Translations under genes and position numbers: made by a program
Notes under the pieces: generated by a model
Databases searched by the model: none
Told to the model about the DNA's origin: nothing
The model's input: the letters and a program-made list of their open reading frames with translations, nothing else
Shown: positions 1-11,745 of the stretch, one piece after another
How positions within the stretch are numbered: position 1 is the first letter of the stretch
How the letters are laid out: each line of letters begins with the position of its first letter
Origin: Octopus sinensis
Lineage: Eukaryota
Length of the DNA: 64,000 nt
Assembly: GCF_006345805.1 (NCBI RefSeq)
Contig: NC_042998.1
Coordinates: 88,102,001-88,166,000, forward strand
Direction: 5' to 3'

Positions 1-10
1 TATACACATA

Positions 11-164
11 TTTGATAGGCTTCTTTCATCTTCTGCATACTAGATCCATTCACAAGGCTTTGATTGGGCCAAGACTATATTAACAGACACTTGCGCAAGG
101 TTCCTTGCAATGGGACTGAACCCAGAACCTTGTAGTTGAGAAGCAAGCCTCTTACCACACAGCC
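11..164 (-). mobile_element. tRNA-derived CORE-type SINE, 5' part
   Basis: Reverse complement of the head seen intact at 59498 (GGCTGTGTGGTAAG...GGTTCAGTCCC...CCTTG.GCAAGTGTC). Confidence 0.75.
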
Positions 165-1354
165 TTGTAAGATGAATGTTTTTCAATAAGATTATTTTTA
201 GGGTAAAACAAGGAGCTGTTTTTTTGGTACTAGTTTCAGTTGGTGGCTGTGCTGGGTATAAAAGTGTTAAAAGATTCAGTCATCTCTGATTTAGGTTCAA
301 TTTTTAATGTGCCTGAGAAAATGTGATAGATTAAATACCTTTCCCTTGTAAGTTTGTTGTTGAAACCCCTATCCAACAGAAATCAATATTATTTAATATT
401 CCCTGAAATGGAGGAGATTTGCCATTTATATTTTGATGTTTCCACTGGATGGAGAGCTTTTTAGATTATTTTCCATTAGAAACTTATTTTTAATTTTAAT
501 TTTATTTATTCATTAGTTTTTATTGCCTTCTGAAATCTCCACATGGTAGGAAATTGGATTTGTTATTTTGTGTGTGAGTGTATGTATCTGTGTGCAGTTT
601 TTCTCTCTGCCTACTTCTGTGTTTGTTAGTGTATGTATGTGTCCGTATGCATCTGCCTCAGCATGCTTGTCAGTTTGCCTGCTTACCTGCGTGTGTGCGT
701 GTGTGTATGAGCATGCATGTGTATATATACATTTCTCTCTCTCTCACACTGCAAGTTGCTTTTAGGTAAGTTTGGCATCTGTAATAGGCCAGAAGACACA
801 GAACTAGTGGAGCTTCAGAGACGTTAAAAAACAGAGCTGACGTTGCATATATTGTGCCAGAAATAAGATGGAGATGCTCTAAGTAAATTAAAGTACTTCA
901 GTTTGCTTGGTGAAATACTAGAAAAGACTTTGTGGATGTTAGTGTATGTGTGTGTGTGTATGTGTGTATGAGCACACATGTGTATATACAAATTTCTCAC
1001 TCTCTCTCATTCACTCTCTCTTTCACTCTTAATTACTCTTAATACTAAGTTCATCATCATCATCATCATTGTTTTAATTCTTTATTCTTTTACTAATGTT
1101 AGTTATTGTGTTGTTGCCATTCTGGAGCACTACCTTCCAGGACTTTAGTCAGTAATTTTAATCCAAGTAATCATTTAGTCAGCTGCTTATTTCATTAATC
1201 TCTATTTATTGAAGGGCTAAGTTAGCTTTTGACATAAAGCAATGAAACCTGACATAATTTATTAGACTTATACACACACTCTCAGTGTGTGTAAGGTCAC
1301 AACTCAGGTACTATGGACATGTGATTAGAATGTATGGGTTAGACAGTGACATAG

Positions 1355-1427
1355 GGTTAGACCATACACATATAAATACATACATATATATACATATGCA
1401 TACGTACATATATATATATACATACAT

Positions 1428-1519
<92 letters not shown>

Positions 1520-1776
1520 ATACATACATATACATATATATATACATATATATACATATATATATACTTTGATACTTTGATAGGTTTCGGCCATTATTGG
1601 CCCAGGCCATGTCTAACTTAATAGCACCACATGTATATATACATATATGTATATATATATATGTATATATATATATGATATATATATATATATGTATATA
1701 TATGTATATATATGTATATATATATATATATTATATATGTATATATATATATTGTATATATATATATATATGTGTG

Positions 1777-1807
<31 letters not shown>

Positions 1808-2042
1808 CAAGGTCCTCTATTCATTCCAAGCAAGCATCTACAATCAAGTTGTCAATGTGTGTTGAGGTTCTCCTCTTCTTACTTAACCATGAAGTGGGTC
1901 CCCAAGACTAATTTGGATGCTTTCAGTTCAGGGTGGTGCATGCACTGACTAAACAGTTGCAGCTATCTTTACCTGATCTTCACACTCACTTTCAGCTGGT
2001 TGCCATAAAGGTATATATATACATACATATATATGTATATAC

Positions 2043-2116
<74 letters not shown>

Positions 2117-2186
2117 GTGGTGCTATTAAGTTAGATATGGCCGAAACCTATCAAAGTATACATGCATATATATATATATATTATAT

Positions 2187-2224
<38 letters not shown>

Positions 2225-2343
2225 CATGCATATATATATATATACATGCATATATATATATATATACATGCATATATATATACATACATATATATATATA
2301 AATACATATATATATATATATATACATACATACATATATATAT

Positions 2344-2374
<31 letters not shown>

Positions 2375-2399
2375 CATATATATATACATATATATATAC

Positions 2400-2433
<34 letters not shown>

Positions 2434-2505
2434 TATACATATATATATACATATATATATATATACACATATATATATATCTATATACATATATATATAC
2501 ATACT
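1355..2505. repeat. Compound (TA)n/(TACA)n microsatellite with embedded inserts
   Basis: Direct reading. Interrupted by short inverted repeats at 1563-1631 and 2116-2160 and by a 211-bp insert at 1804-2014. Confidence 0.9.
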
Positions 2506-2668
2506 CACGGAGTGGTTGGCGTTAGGAAGGGCATCCAGCTGTTGAAACATTGCCAGATAAGACTGGAGCATGGTGCAGCCTTCTGGCTTCCCAGATCCCC
2601 GGTCGAACCGTCCAACCCATGCTAGCATGGAGAACGGACGTTAAACGATGATGATGATGATGATGATA
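2505..2668 (+). mobile_element. RTE-LINE 3'-UTR fragment / RTE-tailed retroposon with (GAT)n tail
   Basis: GGAGTGGTTGGCGTTAGGAAGGGCATCCAGCTG...CATGCTAGCATGGAGAACGGACGTTAAACGATGATGATG. The same sequence is physically joined to RTE ORF ends at 5710-7470 and 17680-18600. Further copies at about 19190, 23545, 26765, 29540, 29745, 30150, 31345, 33600, 40765, 40975 and 42245. Confidence 0.8.
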
Positions 2669-3939
2669 TATACATACATATATATACATACATACATGCA
2701 TGGCACCTTGGACAAGTGTCCACTATTGTAGCCTCGGAGCGACCAAAGCCTTACAATTCACAGGAAAGAATTGCAAGATGAATTCTCCAAGCTAAGTAAA
2801 CTGATTGGAGATGTAAGAGTTGACTAAGAACAATCTTTCATGAAAACATGTCTGGCCATAAGAGAATAATTCTTTTGCTTGGAAATAAATGAGAGTTGGC
2901 AAGAAGAGGGGCATCTGACCAAAGAAAATCTGTTCTAAAGAATTATGCTTGACCCTATGCAAGCATGGCAAAATGGTTGTTAAACTGATGATGATATGCA
3001 TACACACATGCAGTATATTTAATGCTGTGAAAACAAATCTCATGAATAAACAAGAACTCCAGCAACCAGAAATGGGAACTAAACTGATTACTTTCATCTT
3101 TCATTAAAGACTCACCAGAATCACATTAAAGACTCACCAGCTGCCAGAGTTTAGAAGTTTACCGTATCATGTATAAATTGTAAATAAATCATGACAAACA
3201 TAAGATTTATATAATATTCCAAAGGTTAATGACCAAGTGTTGATAATTACAATACTAATACAGTGTGATTATAAAGGTGTTTTCTGAGGTTATATGCAAA
3301 ATATATTTAATAAGCCTCCCCACATTCCCACTATATTGGTATTGTAACCATAAATGCTTGGCTATCAACCTTGGAACATTATGTGAATTTATTATCCTTG
3401 TTGTAACTTGTTTGCATTTCTATAAGTTGTAAATTTTTGAACTTGGACAAGTGAGAAAAAAGCATTGCTGGTCCAACTCTCACTGCTGGTGACTGAAGTA
3501 TTGTAGTTTATCCATAGGCACTTTTACGCCATTCATTATTCATCATTCATCATCATAGTCACTGTATGTCCTATGCAGACGTATCCTTTACTGCATAGAC
3601 TTCATCACTTCCCACCTATATTCAGCCTTGTGCTATGCTTTCAGACTGCATGCATTTTGTTTTAATAATATGGACTGTATCATACAGTCTCATCACCTAT
3701 GTTAATATAGAAGCAGAATGGCCAAGAAATATATCTTGGGTGTCCGCTCGAATTTTTTCACTTCAAATCTTTTGTGGGCATTTTCGCAGTCTTTCAACAT
3801 AACTAACACCATCTTGAAATAAATTCAGAATTCAGTCCACAGTTGAGAGTGCAAACCATTGGATATGGTTGAAAAGGAATGATGAAATCTGGTTAGAGAA
3901 ATGATTTTTTTTTTTTTGTTATGGCTGGGTTCCAACCTG

Positions 3940-4340
3940 GGCTACCGCAATAAAATCCTGCCACACTTCTCGGTCCAACATCATTATATCAAGGTCCTCT
4001 ATTCATTCCAAGCAAACATCTACAATCAAGTTGTCAATGTGTGTTGACGTTCTCCTCTTCTTACTTAACCATGAAGTGGGTCCCCAAGACTAATTTGGAT
4101 GCTTTCAGTTCAGGATGGTGCATGCACTGACTAAACAGTTGCAGCTATCTTTACCTGATCTTCACACTCACTTTCAGCTGGTTGCCATAAAGGTATTCAT
4201 TTGTCTGATGTTGCTGCCATTTCACATTTCGGGCCATTTGTAACACCCTTGTGTAGCAACCATCCAACCTGTTTGATAATTTCTTAGTCAGTGTCCATGT
4301 TTCACTGCCATATAATGGCACATGGTATATATGTGTGAAG
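3940..4340 (-). mobile_element. Decayed RTEX/RTE-like LINE 3' ORF fragment
   Basis: Minus-strand translation L.YGSETWTLTKKLSNRLDGCYTRVLQMA..VKWQQHQTNEYLYG...M.DREVW with stops. Typical post-RT region of RTE/RTEX LINEs. Confidence 0.7.
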
Positions 4341-5299
4341 CAGGTACCTATTTACCTTTATAGCAAGTCAAACCCACATGATCCCACCGGTTGAATGATG
4401 CTTGGGATGAAGCACTTAGGATCAACTAATAGTCAGTCAATCCAGTAGGCAGGGCCTCTTATCAGTGAGGTGAACAGAGAGCAGTGTTCTGTAAAGCTGT
4501 TGACAGGAGGACCCTCTCCCCACCAATTAGTATGCATTCTTTTCTAGTGACCCCCCCCCCACCACCGAGATTTACTGGCATCCAAGTATGCAGCGACTTT
4601 AGCTGATAGCATTTGCTACCAATTGCTTGTAAGGCCCTATATCACTAAATGTCAGTGAAATAGATATCTATTTCATTGCAAGGCTCTACTTCACTAGATA
4701 TCAGAACATCTGAGATTACATTTGCCTCAGCATAAATTGCAGCCTTTATATAATGGTGATTAAGAGATACTTAATTCATTAACACGATTGTTATATTATT
4801 TCAACATTTCATCCTAAACTAACTATTGTCTTAATAAATAAGTTTGTAATGGAAGATGTGTGTGTTCTTTTTTTTTTCTTTTCTACTCTTACCAAATAGC
4901 TACATAATTTTACTTAGGAAGAAGCTCATCTTGCCAAGAATGTGTCACGATACCTAACTGCTTTTGCTGTGAAACTACATGCATATGTACAGACATACCC
5001 ATGTGTGTGTGTGTGTGTGTATGTGTGTGTGCCTGCAAACGTGATTTTTTTTTTTAACCAGTTGGTATACAAAGTAGCTAGTAGAAGGTGGCCATTGACT
5101 TGAAGACACTATCAAAAGTAATTCAGACAAAGCTGACAGTATGAAATCTCATCTGCTATGAAGTATAGAGAGCTGCAGAACACTCAGAGAGTTTGCTTTT
5201 CGTGTGCATTAACCTGTGTCATGTTGACATTGAAAATATATGTATGAATATCATTGGTATGATTATTTGAAAATGTGTACATGTATCTTTGCGTGCATG

Positions 5300-5367
5300 A
5301 GTGTGTGTGCATGTGTGTGTGTATAGGGATATATGTATGTGTATACATATATATGTATGCGTGTGTA

Positions 5368-5410
<43 letters not shown>

Positions 5411-5454
5411 TATATGTATATATATATATGTGTGTGTGTATATATATATATAGT

Positions 5455-5485
<31 letters not shown>

Positions 5486-5602
5486 GTATACATACATATA
5501 TATATATATATATATTATAATATATATATATATACACACACATATATATATATATAATATATACACATATATATATATATATAATATATACACATATATA
5601 TA

Positions 5603-5647
<45 letters not shown>

Positions 5648-5710
5648 TATATATGTGTCTGTATATATATATAATATACATATATATATATGTATATATA
5701 TATACATATC
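5300..5710. repeat. (TA)n/(TG)n compound microsatellite
   Basis: Direct reading. Confidence 0.9.
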
Positions 5711-7470
5711 ATCATCATCGTTTAATATCCGCTCTCCATGCTAGCATGGGTTGGACGGTTCGACCAGGGATCTGGGAAGCCAGAAGACTGCACCAGGCTC
5801 CAGTCTGATCTGGCAGTGTTTCTAAAGCTGGATGCCCTTCCTAACGCCAACCACTCCGAGAGTGTAGTGAGTGCTTTTTATGTGCCAGGCAAGGCTGGCA
5901 ACGGCCACGATCGGATTGGTGCTTTTTACGTGCCACCAGCATGGAAGCCAGTCAAGGCGGCACTGGCATCAGCCACGTTCGGATGGTGCTTGTTATGTGC
6001 CACCGGCACGGAAGCCACTCTAGGCAGCACTGGCATCAGCCAGGTTCGGATGGTGCTTTTTACGTGCCACCGGCACAGGTTTCACAACTGCAGTTTCCAT
6101 TGATCTTTGATGTTGGTGTACTCGACTCAATGGATCTCCTCAAGCACAGGGTCAAAACGGTGTTTCTTTACTTGCCACCTGCACAGGAGTCAGTCCAACG
6201 GCCTGGGCAACTGCCGGGTACCAGTCATAGGATTGGTTCAATTTCAAATTCGATTTCGACTTCGCTTGCCTCAACAGGTCTTTGTGTGTCCAAGGAAGGA
6301 AAGGCATACATAAGTAGGCTGGCTACATCCCTGGCAAGGGACACGGGATGGACTCATTTGTCTTCTCACACACAGCACATTTCCAAAGGTCTCAGTCACT
6401 AGTCATTACCTTGGTGAGGCCTAAACTTCGAAGGTTGTGCTTCACCACCTCGTCCCAGGTTTTCCTGGGTCTACCTCTTCCACAGGTTCCCTCAACTGCT
6501 AGGGATTGGCACATTTTCACACACCTATCTTCATCCATTCTCGCCACATGACCATACCAGCGCAATTGTCTCTCTTGCACACCACAGCTGATGCTTCTTA
6601 GGTCCAACTTTTCTCTGAAGGTACTTACACTCTGTCGAGTGTGTACACTAACTTTACACATCCATCGGAGCATACTGGCTTCATTCTTTGTGAGCTTACG
6701 CATGTCCTCAGCAGTCACGGCTCATGTTTCACTGCCATGTAGCATGGCTGTTCGTACACATGCATCATACGGTCTGCCTTTTACTCTGAGCAAGAGGCCT
6801 TTAGTCACCAGCAGAGTTAACAGCTCCCTGAACTTTGCCCAGGCTTTTCTTATTCTAGCAGCTACATTTTCAGCACACCCACCCCCGCTACTGACTTGGT
6901 CTCTTAGGGTGTGACACTTCTTCACTCAGCTGTCCTCATCCATACACAACACATGACCCATGACCATACCAGCACAGTTGTCTTTCTTACACACCACATC
7001 TAATGCTTCTTATGTCCAAACTTTCTCTCAGGGTGCTTACACTCTGTTGTGTATGCACACTGACATTACACAACCAGCAGAACATTCTAGCTTCATTTCT
7101 TTCAAGTCTACGAATGTCAACAGTCACAGCCCATGTTTCACTGCCATATAGCATTGCTGTTCGCACACATGCATCTAACAGAGAGGCCCTTTGTTACCAG
7201 CAGAGGTAGGAGCTCTCTGAAGTTTGCCCAGGTTATTCTTATTCTAGCAGCTATGCTCTCAGAGCATCCACCCATGCTACTGACTTGGTCACCTAGGTAA
7301 CGGAAGCTATCAACTACTTCTAGTTTTTCCACCTGGCATGTGCTGGCAGCTGTTTTCTGCACATTTTCAGTGTTTATTGCCCTTGTGCATTTGTCACACA
7401 CAAAAACTATCTTCCCGGTTAACCTTCCTTTGATATTGCTGCACCTCTTATGTGTCCATAATTTGCACAC
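5710..7470 (-). mobile_element. RTE-clade LINE 3' region (two overlapping fragments head-to-tail) with 3' UTR and (GAT)n tail
   Basis: Minus ORFs LEVVDSFRYLGDQVSS...WA.FRELLPLL, RTAMLHGSET, EASMLRWMC...RLRWYGHV, GTCGRGRPRKTW. The DQVSS-WYGH segment occurs twice (junction near 6905). Confidence 0.88.
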
Positions 7471-7483
7471 GCATACACACATA

Positions 7484-8566
7484 CAGGGTGCGATGGGTAA
7501 ATTGTTGCACATTGTTTGTTTTTGGTTTTGCACGGTATAGTAGGGTCAGTTGGACACTGTCTACAAAAAAAACAGCATATGATGCAATTCTCTCTGCCAG
7601 AAATTTGGACAGAACATGCTGTACTGCCTGGAATTCATGCCGGAAGCTCCAATACGAACATTTCAGAATGTTTGGGTGTCAATCTGAGGAGAGTGCAGAG
7701 GATTCGGAAAGAGTTGGATGATAAGAAAAGAACTCCTGAATTTGTTGGTGAGATCCAGGCCATGATTGACAACAGTACCTCCAAGTTGATCATACAAGAT
7801 TAGAAAGGGCCAATTTTTATCTCAAGCCATCAGGACAAGAGGGAAGACATGCTATGAAGCTTTTGAATAAACTCAAGCCTCCCCTCCAACCAAACATTCC
7901 TTGGTTTTTCTCAGACGAGAGAAATTTCTGCCAGGATGGGATGGTGAACACACAGAACAACTGTTGGCTTGCCATGTCCCCAAAACATGTACCAAGTGTG
8001 ATAAAAAGCAAACATCCAGTCAACATCATGGTGTTTGGTGTGATCACTAGTAATCTTTGCACACTCAACATGGAGACCTACATCAAGTGCCTGGAGGAGG
8101 TAGTGCTGCCCTGGGTCAAGAGAGTGGCTGCTGGAAGACCCTATGTCTGGCAACATGACTCTACACCATGCCACACAAGCAGAAAAACCCTGTCATGGCT
8201 GTCAGACAATTTCTACAACCACATCACCCCTAACATCTGGCCATCTAACTCCCTAAACTGCAATACTCTTGATTGTTATGTGTGGGGTGCAGTTGAGCAA
8301 GAATCTAACAAAACTCCTTGTAGCACCAAAGATGAACTGAAGGCAAGGATTAAGGCAGCATTCACCAACTTGAGACTGTCCAGAAGAGTTGCAGGAGATT
8401 CCAAAGTCATCTGGAGGCCGTGGTTGAAGCCAATGGCAATTTTATTGAATAAATTTACTCTTTAGATATTTTAATGTAATTTTAGTAAATATATCTGTCA
8501 AAATGAAATGTCAGTGCTATTTTCATTTTTGCTTAATTTAGACGACAATTTATCCACCACACCCTG
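7484..8566 (+). mobile_element. Tc1/mariner superfamily DNA transposon, DD37D (maT) type, decayed
   Basis: TA|CAGGGTGCGATGGGTAAATTG ... CAATTTATCCACCACACCCTG|TA imperfect TIRs of about 26 bp with TA TSD. ORF 7854-8465 has FSDER, QHDSTPCH and NTLD, with 37 residues between the second and third Asp. Internal deletions and frameshifts. Confidence 0.9.
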
Positions 8567-9867
8567 TATATAAAGTGAGATAGATTAGTTAAGTATTTAA
8601 AAGTATTTCCTTTAGAATTGGTTAAAGCCCTTTGTGTATGAGTAAGTTATATTCTGTATTCCTTCTTCTGAAATCCAATATCATTGTGTTGTAAATAAAT
8701 TCTGTCAGCCAAACAACTTAATCAATCTTGGCGGTTGCAGCACAGCTTGAAAATTTGTGTAAACTGCAATGTTGACAATAGGAAGACTTTGTAGTGTCTG
8801 CAGCAAAGGAGGAATAGGTCTGTGGTGGGGCACATGTGATATACTATGAAAGCAAATTGTAGACTGGAGAAGAATGATAATTAAAGATAATCAATTGTTG
8901 TTTGCATTAAAGAGATTCTCTGGAGATTGGAGTGGGAGTGATTGATGAGATTTGGTCAGACAAACATTGGTGGTTAATTAAATATAAACATGTTTCTAAG
9001 AGAAGCTCAATTAATGTTAATGATGTTGTATGTAATTACTATTTAGTGTTTATGTTTGGAAACAGAACATTTTGGATGGAGAAGCAGGTAGGGACTTTTT
9101 ATTTGTCTTTGGATGTCTTGAAACTAGAATGAGATATCTAATTGGTGGTGGGTACCAGTGTGTAATAATTTTAACTTGTAATGGCCAATCTCATTCCAAC
9201 CGACAGGACACACCAAAATCGGTTATAAGAAGTTTCAACTGATGTTGCATCCTGCAGTTGTCCCCTGTTCCTATCTTTGTTATTTTTCTAGAACATTCAC
9301 CTTTTCTTTTAGTTATTTTAAGATAGCAACTCTTTGTTAGGCAGTGTTCTTGCTTCTTACAGAAATACTCTGTACCTATGCAAGGCAACTGTTTATATAA
9401 GTAAATAGGCTAAGGCACACCAATGTTAGCAAGTGCAGGCATGGCTCTGGTTAAGGAGCTCACTTTACAGTAATGCAGTTTCAGGTTCAATCCCACTGTT
9501 TGGCACTTTGAGTAATTGTTTTCTACTGTACTCTCAGGTTAACCGAAGCTTTGTGAATGAGACTTCATTAATGGGACGGGTACCTTGTGTATGTGTGTTT
9601 TTACATTTTTCTTTTTTATTTACAACCATCATGTGATGTCAAGAGAAAGAGGCACATACACACACATATATGCACATGCATACACACACATATATACATA
9701 CACACACATACACATACAGTCATGTTTACAGAAGATAGGGGTTCCATCCAAGGGATCTTTCAATCCAATATTCTCCATATATATATATATATTTGATAAT
9801 ATAAATAATATATATATTTATGCATATATACATATGTATATACTTACATGTATACGTATATACATAT

Positions 9868-10240
9868 TCATATGTGGGCACAGGACGTCACAAAGCATAA
9901 ACAACAAAAAATACGAAGTACGGGGACATGGAATATAAACTTTTTTTGCAAACAGTGAAAGAAACAACTGGAAAACAAGACAAACACAAAGAACCACCCT
10001 TCATCAGTTGTCAGCTGTTTTTCTAATCCATATTTCGAGCATTTCATGACAAGATATGCTTTTGATAAAACAGTTGCTCCCGCAAAGCAAATTAAGTAAA
10101 ATTTGGGATTTTGCAGTGGGTCAAAATTGATGACAAAAACAGGACAGTGAAAACAAACGGGAAGGGCTGATAAGCCTAATTGGTGGCGAACACGAAGAAA
10201 CAAGCTTGGACAGGAGACAGACAAGAACATTTATATATAG
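9868..10240 (-). repeat. Unclassified interspersed repeat (possible Penelope-like pLTR); homologous copy at about 17395-17680 on + strand
   Basis: Shared blocks CTGTCCTGTTTTTGT...AAATTTTA.TTAATTTGCTTT..CGGGA...CGAAA...ACTGA(T/A)GAAGGG between the two loci. The PLE assignment is inference only. Confidence 0.5.
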
Positions 10241-10377
10241 ATAGCTCATAGATGAGAATCAGGTTCTCTGTATAGAATACACTTAGTAGTGCTCAAGAGA
10301 TGTAAACTCGAGCATGTATAGAAGTAGATGTGAGGATAAGCAAGTTAGATCAATATATAAAGTATATTCTTTTTTAC

Positions 10378-10570
10378 TCAAGGCACAAGGCCTAAAATTT
10401 TTGGGAAAGGAGTCAGTCGATTATATCGACTCCAGTATGCAACTGGTACTTAATTTATTGACCCTGAAAGGATGAGAGGCAACCTCAGTGGAATTTGAAC
10501 TCAGAACATAAAGACAGACGAAATACCCCTAAGCATTTCGCCCCACGTGCTAACGTTTCTGCCAGCTCAC
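10378..10570 (-). mobile_element. Nin/Deu-domain tRNA-derived SINE
   Basis: Element strand has GAGCTGGCAGAAACGTTAGCACG...GAGTTCAAATTCC...GCC.TCATCCTTTC.GGGTC.ATAAATTAAGTACCAG, recognised as the Nin/Deu-SINE central domain. Further copies at about 54849-55040, 55790-55985 and (+) 47830-47960. Confidence 0.75.
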
Positions 10571-11378
10571 TGTCTTAATATATATAAGGTATTATGAATA
10601 CATAAAATACAAAAAATGTATATATGTTTACATAAACTGAGCCCCCGGAAACAGCTGTTGGATTTGTAATACTTTCCTTCAGCTCCTTTAATTCTCTGTA
10701 TCATTTGTATTCTGTGTAAGTTGGACCTTTTTGTATGTAAACATATATACATTTTTTTTTTTTTGTATTTCATGTATTCTATAGACTTTATATATTGATC
10801 TGTCTAACTTCCTTGGCTAAAATTTGCCCTATTTATAATTGTAGCATATGTTACATATTTGTTATATCATAAGATGAGTATACTGTGTGGACTAAGATCT
10901 CCATTGACAGGTTGCTGGTATTAAGAGTGTTAAACACTTTTGGTATGCAAATTAGGGACTCCTTCATAGAGTAACTGCTGCATTTGTTTTGCTACTTGTT
11001 TCTCTGGAGACTGTCAGAATGATGTGGATGCCTCTGATGAGAACCCAACATTTTCGAAAATTGATTAAGGTTGTTCATCAATTTTTCAGTCTACAGAGAA
11101 ATGGCTAAAATTTTCCGTTATGCCATATGTTACATATATATATATATATCCTTTTACTTGTTTGTCATTTCACTGCACCCATGCTGGAGTACTGCCTTTT
11201 AGTCGAAGAAATTGACCCCAGGACTTATTCTTTGTAAGCCTGGTATATATTCCGTCAATCGCTTTTGTCAAACTGCTAAGTTATGAGAACGTAAGCACAC
11301 CAACATCAGTTGTCAAGCAATGGTGGGTGGGTGGGTGGACAAACACAGACACAGAAACAATATATCTATATCTATCTA

Positions 11379-11450
<72 letters not shown>

Positions 11451-11453
<3 letters not shown>

Positions 11454-11526
11454 TTGTTTCCACCTACCAATCCACTATATATATATATATATATGGTTGG
11501 TTTCACCTACCAAATCCACTATATAT

Positions 11527-11576
<50 letters not shown>

Positions 11577-11655
11577 TTGGTTTCCACCTACCAAATCCAC
11601 TATATATATATATATAATATATATATATATATGGTTGGTTTCCACCTACCAAATC

Positions 11656-11697
<42 letters not shown>

Positions 11698-11745
11698 TTG
11701 GTTTCCACCTACCAAATCCACTTTGGTCTGCCTGACCAAAGTGGA
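11451..11745. repeat. Five about 27-bp units TGGTTGGTTTCCACCTACCAAATCCAC separated by variable (TA)n, ending in a 12-bp hairpin
   Basis: Units start near 11451, 11494, 11574, 11633 and 11695. TCCACTTTGGTC-TGCCT-GACCAAAGTGGA at 11717-11745. Confidence 0.9.

Noticed and set aside
1589-1602. GGCCATTATTGGCC as an SfiI/SMART cloning adapter
   Set aside because: It has six rather than five bases between the GGCC halves, lacks the rest of the adapter, and occurs in a longer sequence repeated at 38921 and (deleted, inverted) at 2116.
4918-5000. Possible exon EEAHLAKNVSRYLTAFAVKLH after a pyrimidine tract
   Set aside because: No similarity to the expected upstream DIC exons, no donor site, and it runs into a (TG)n tract.
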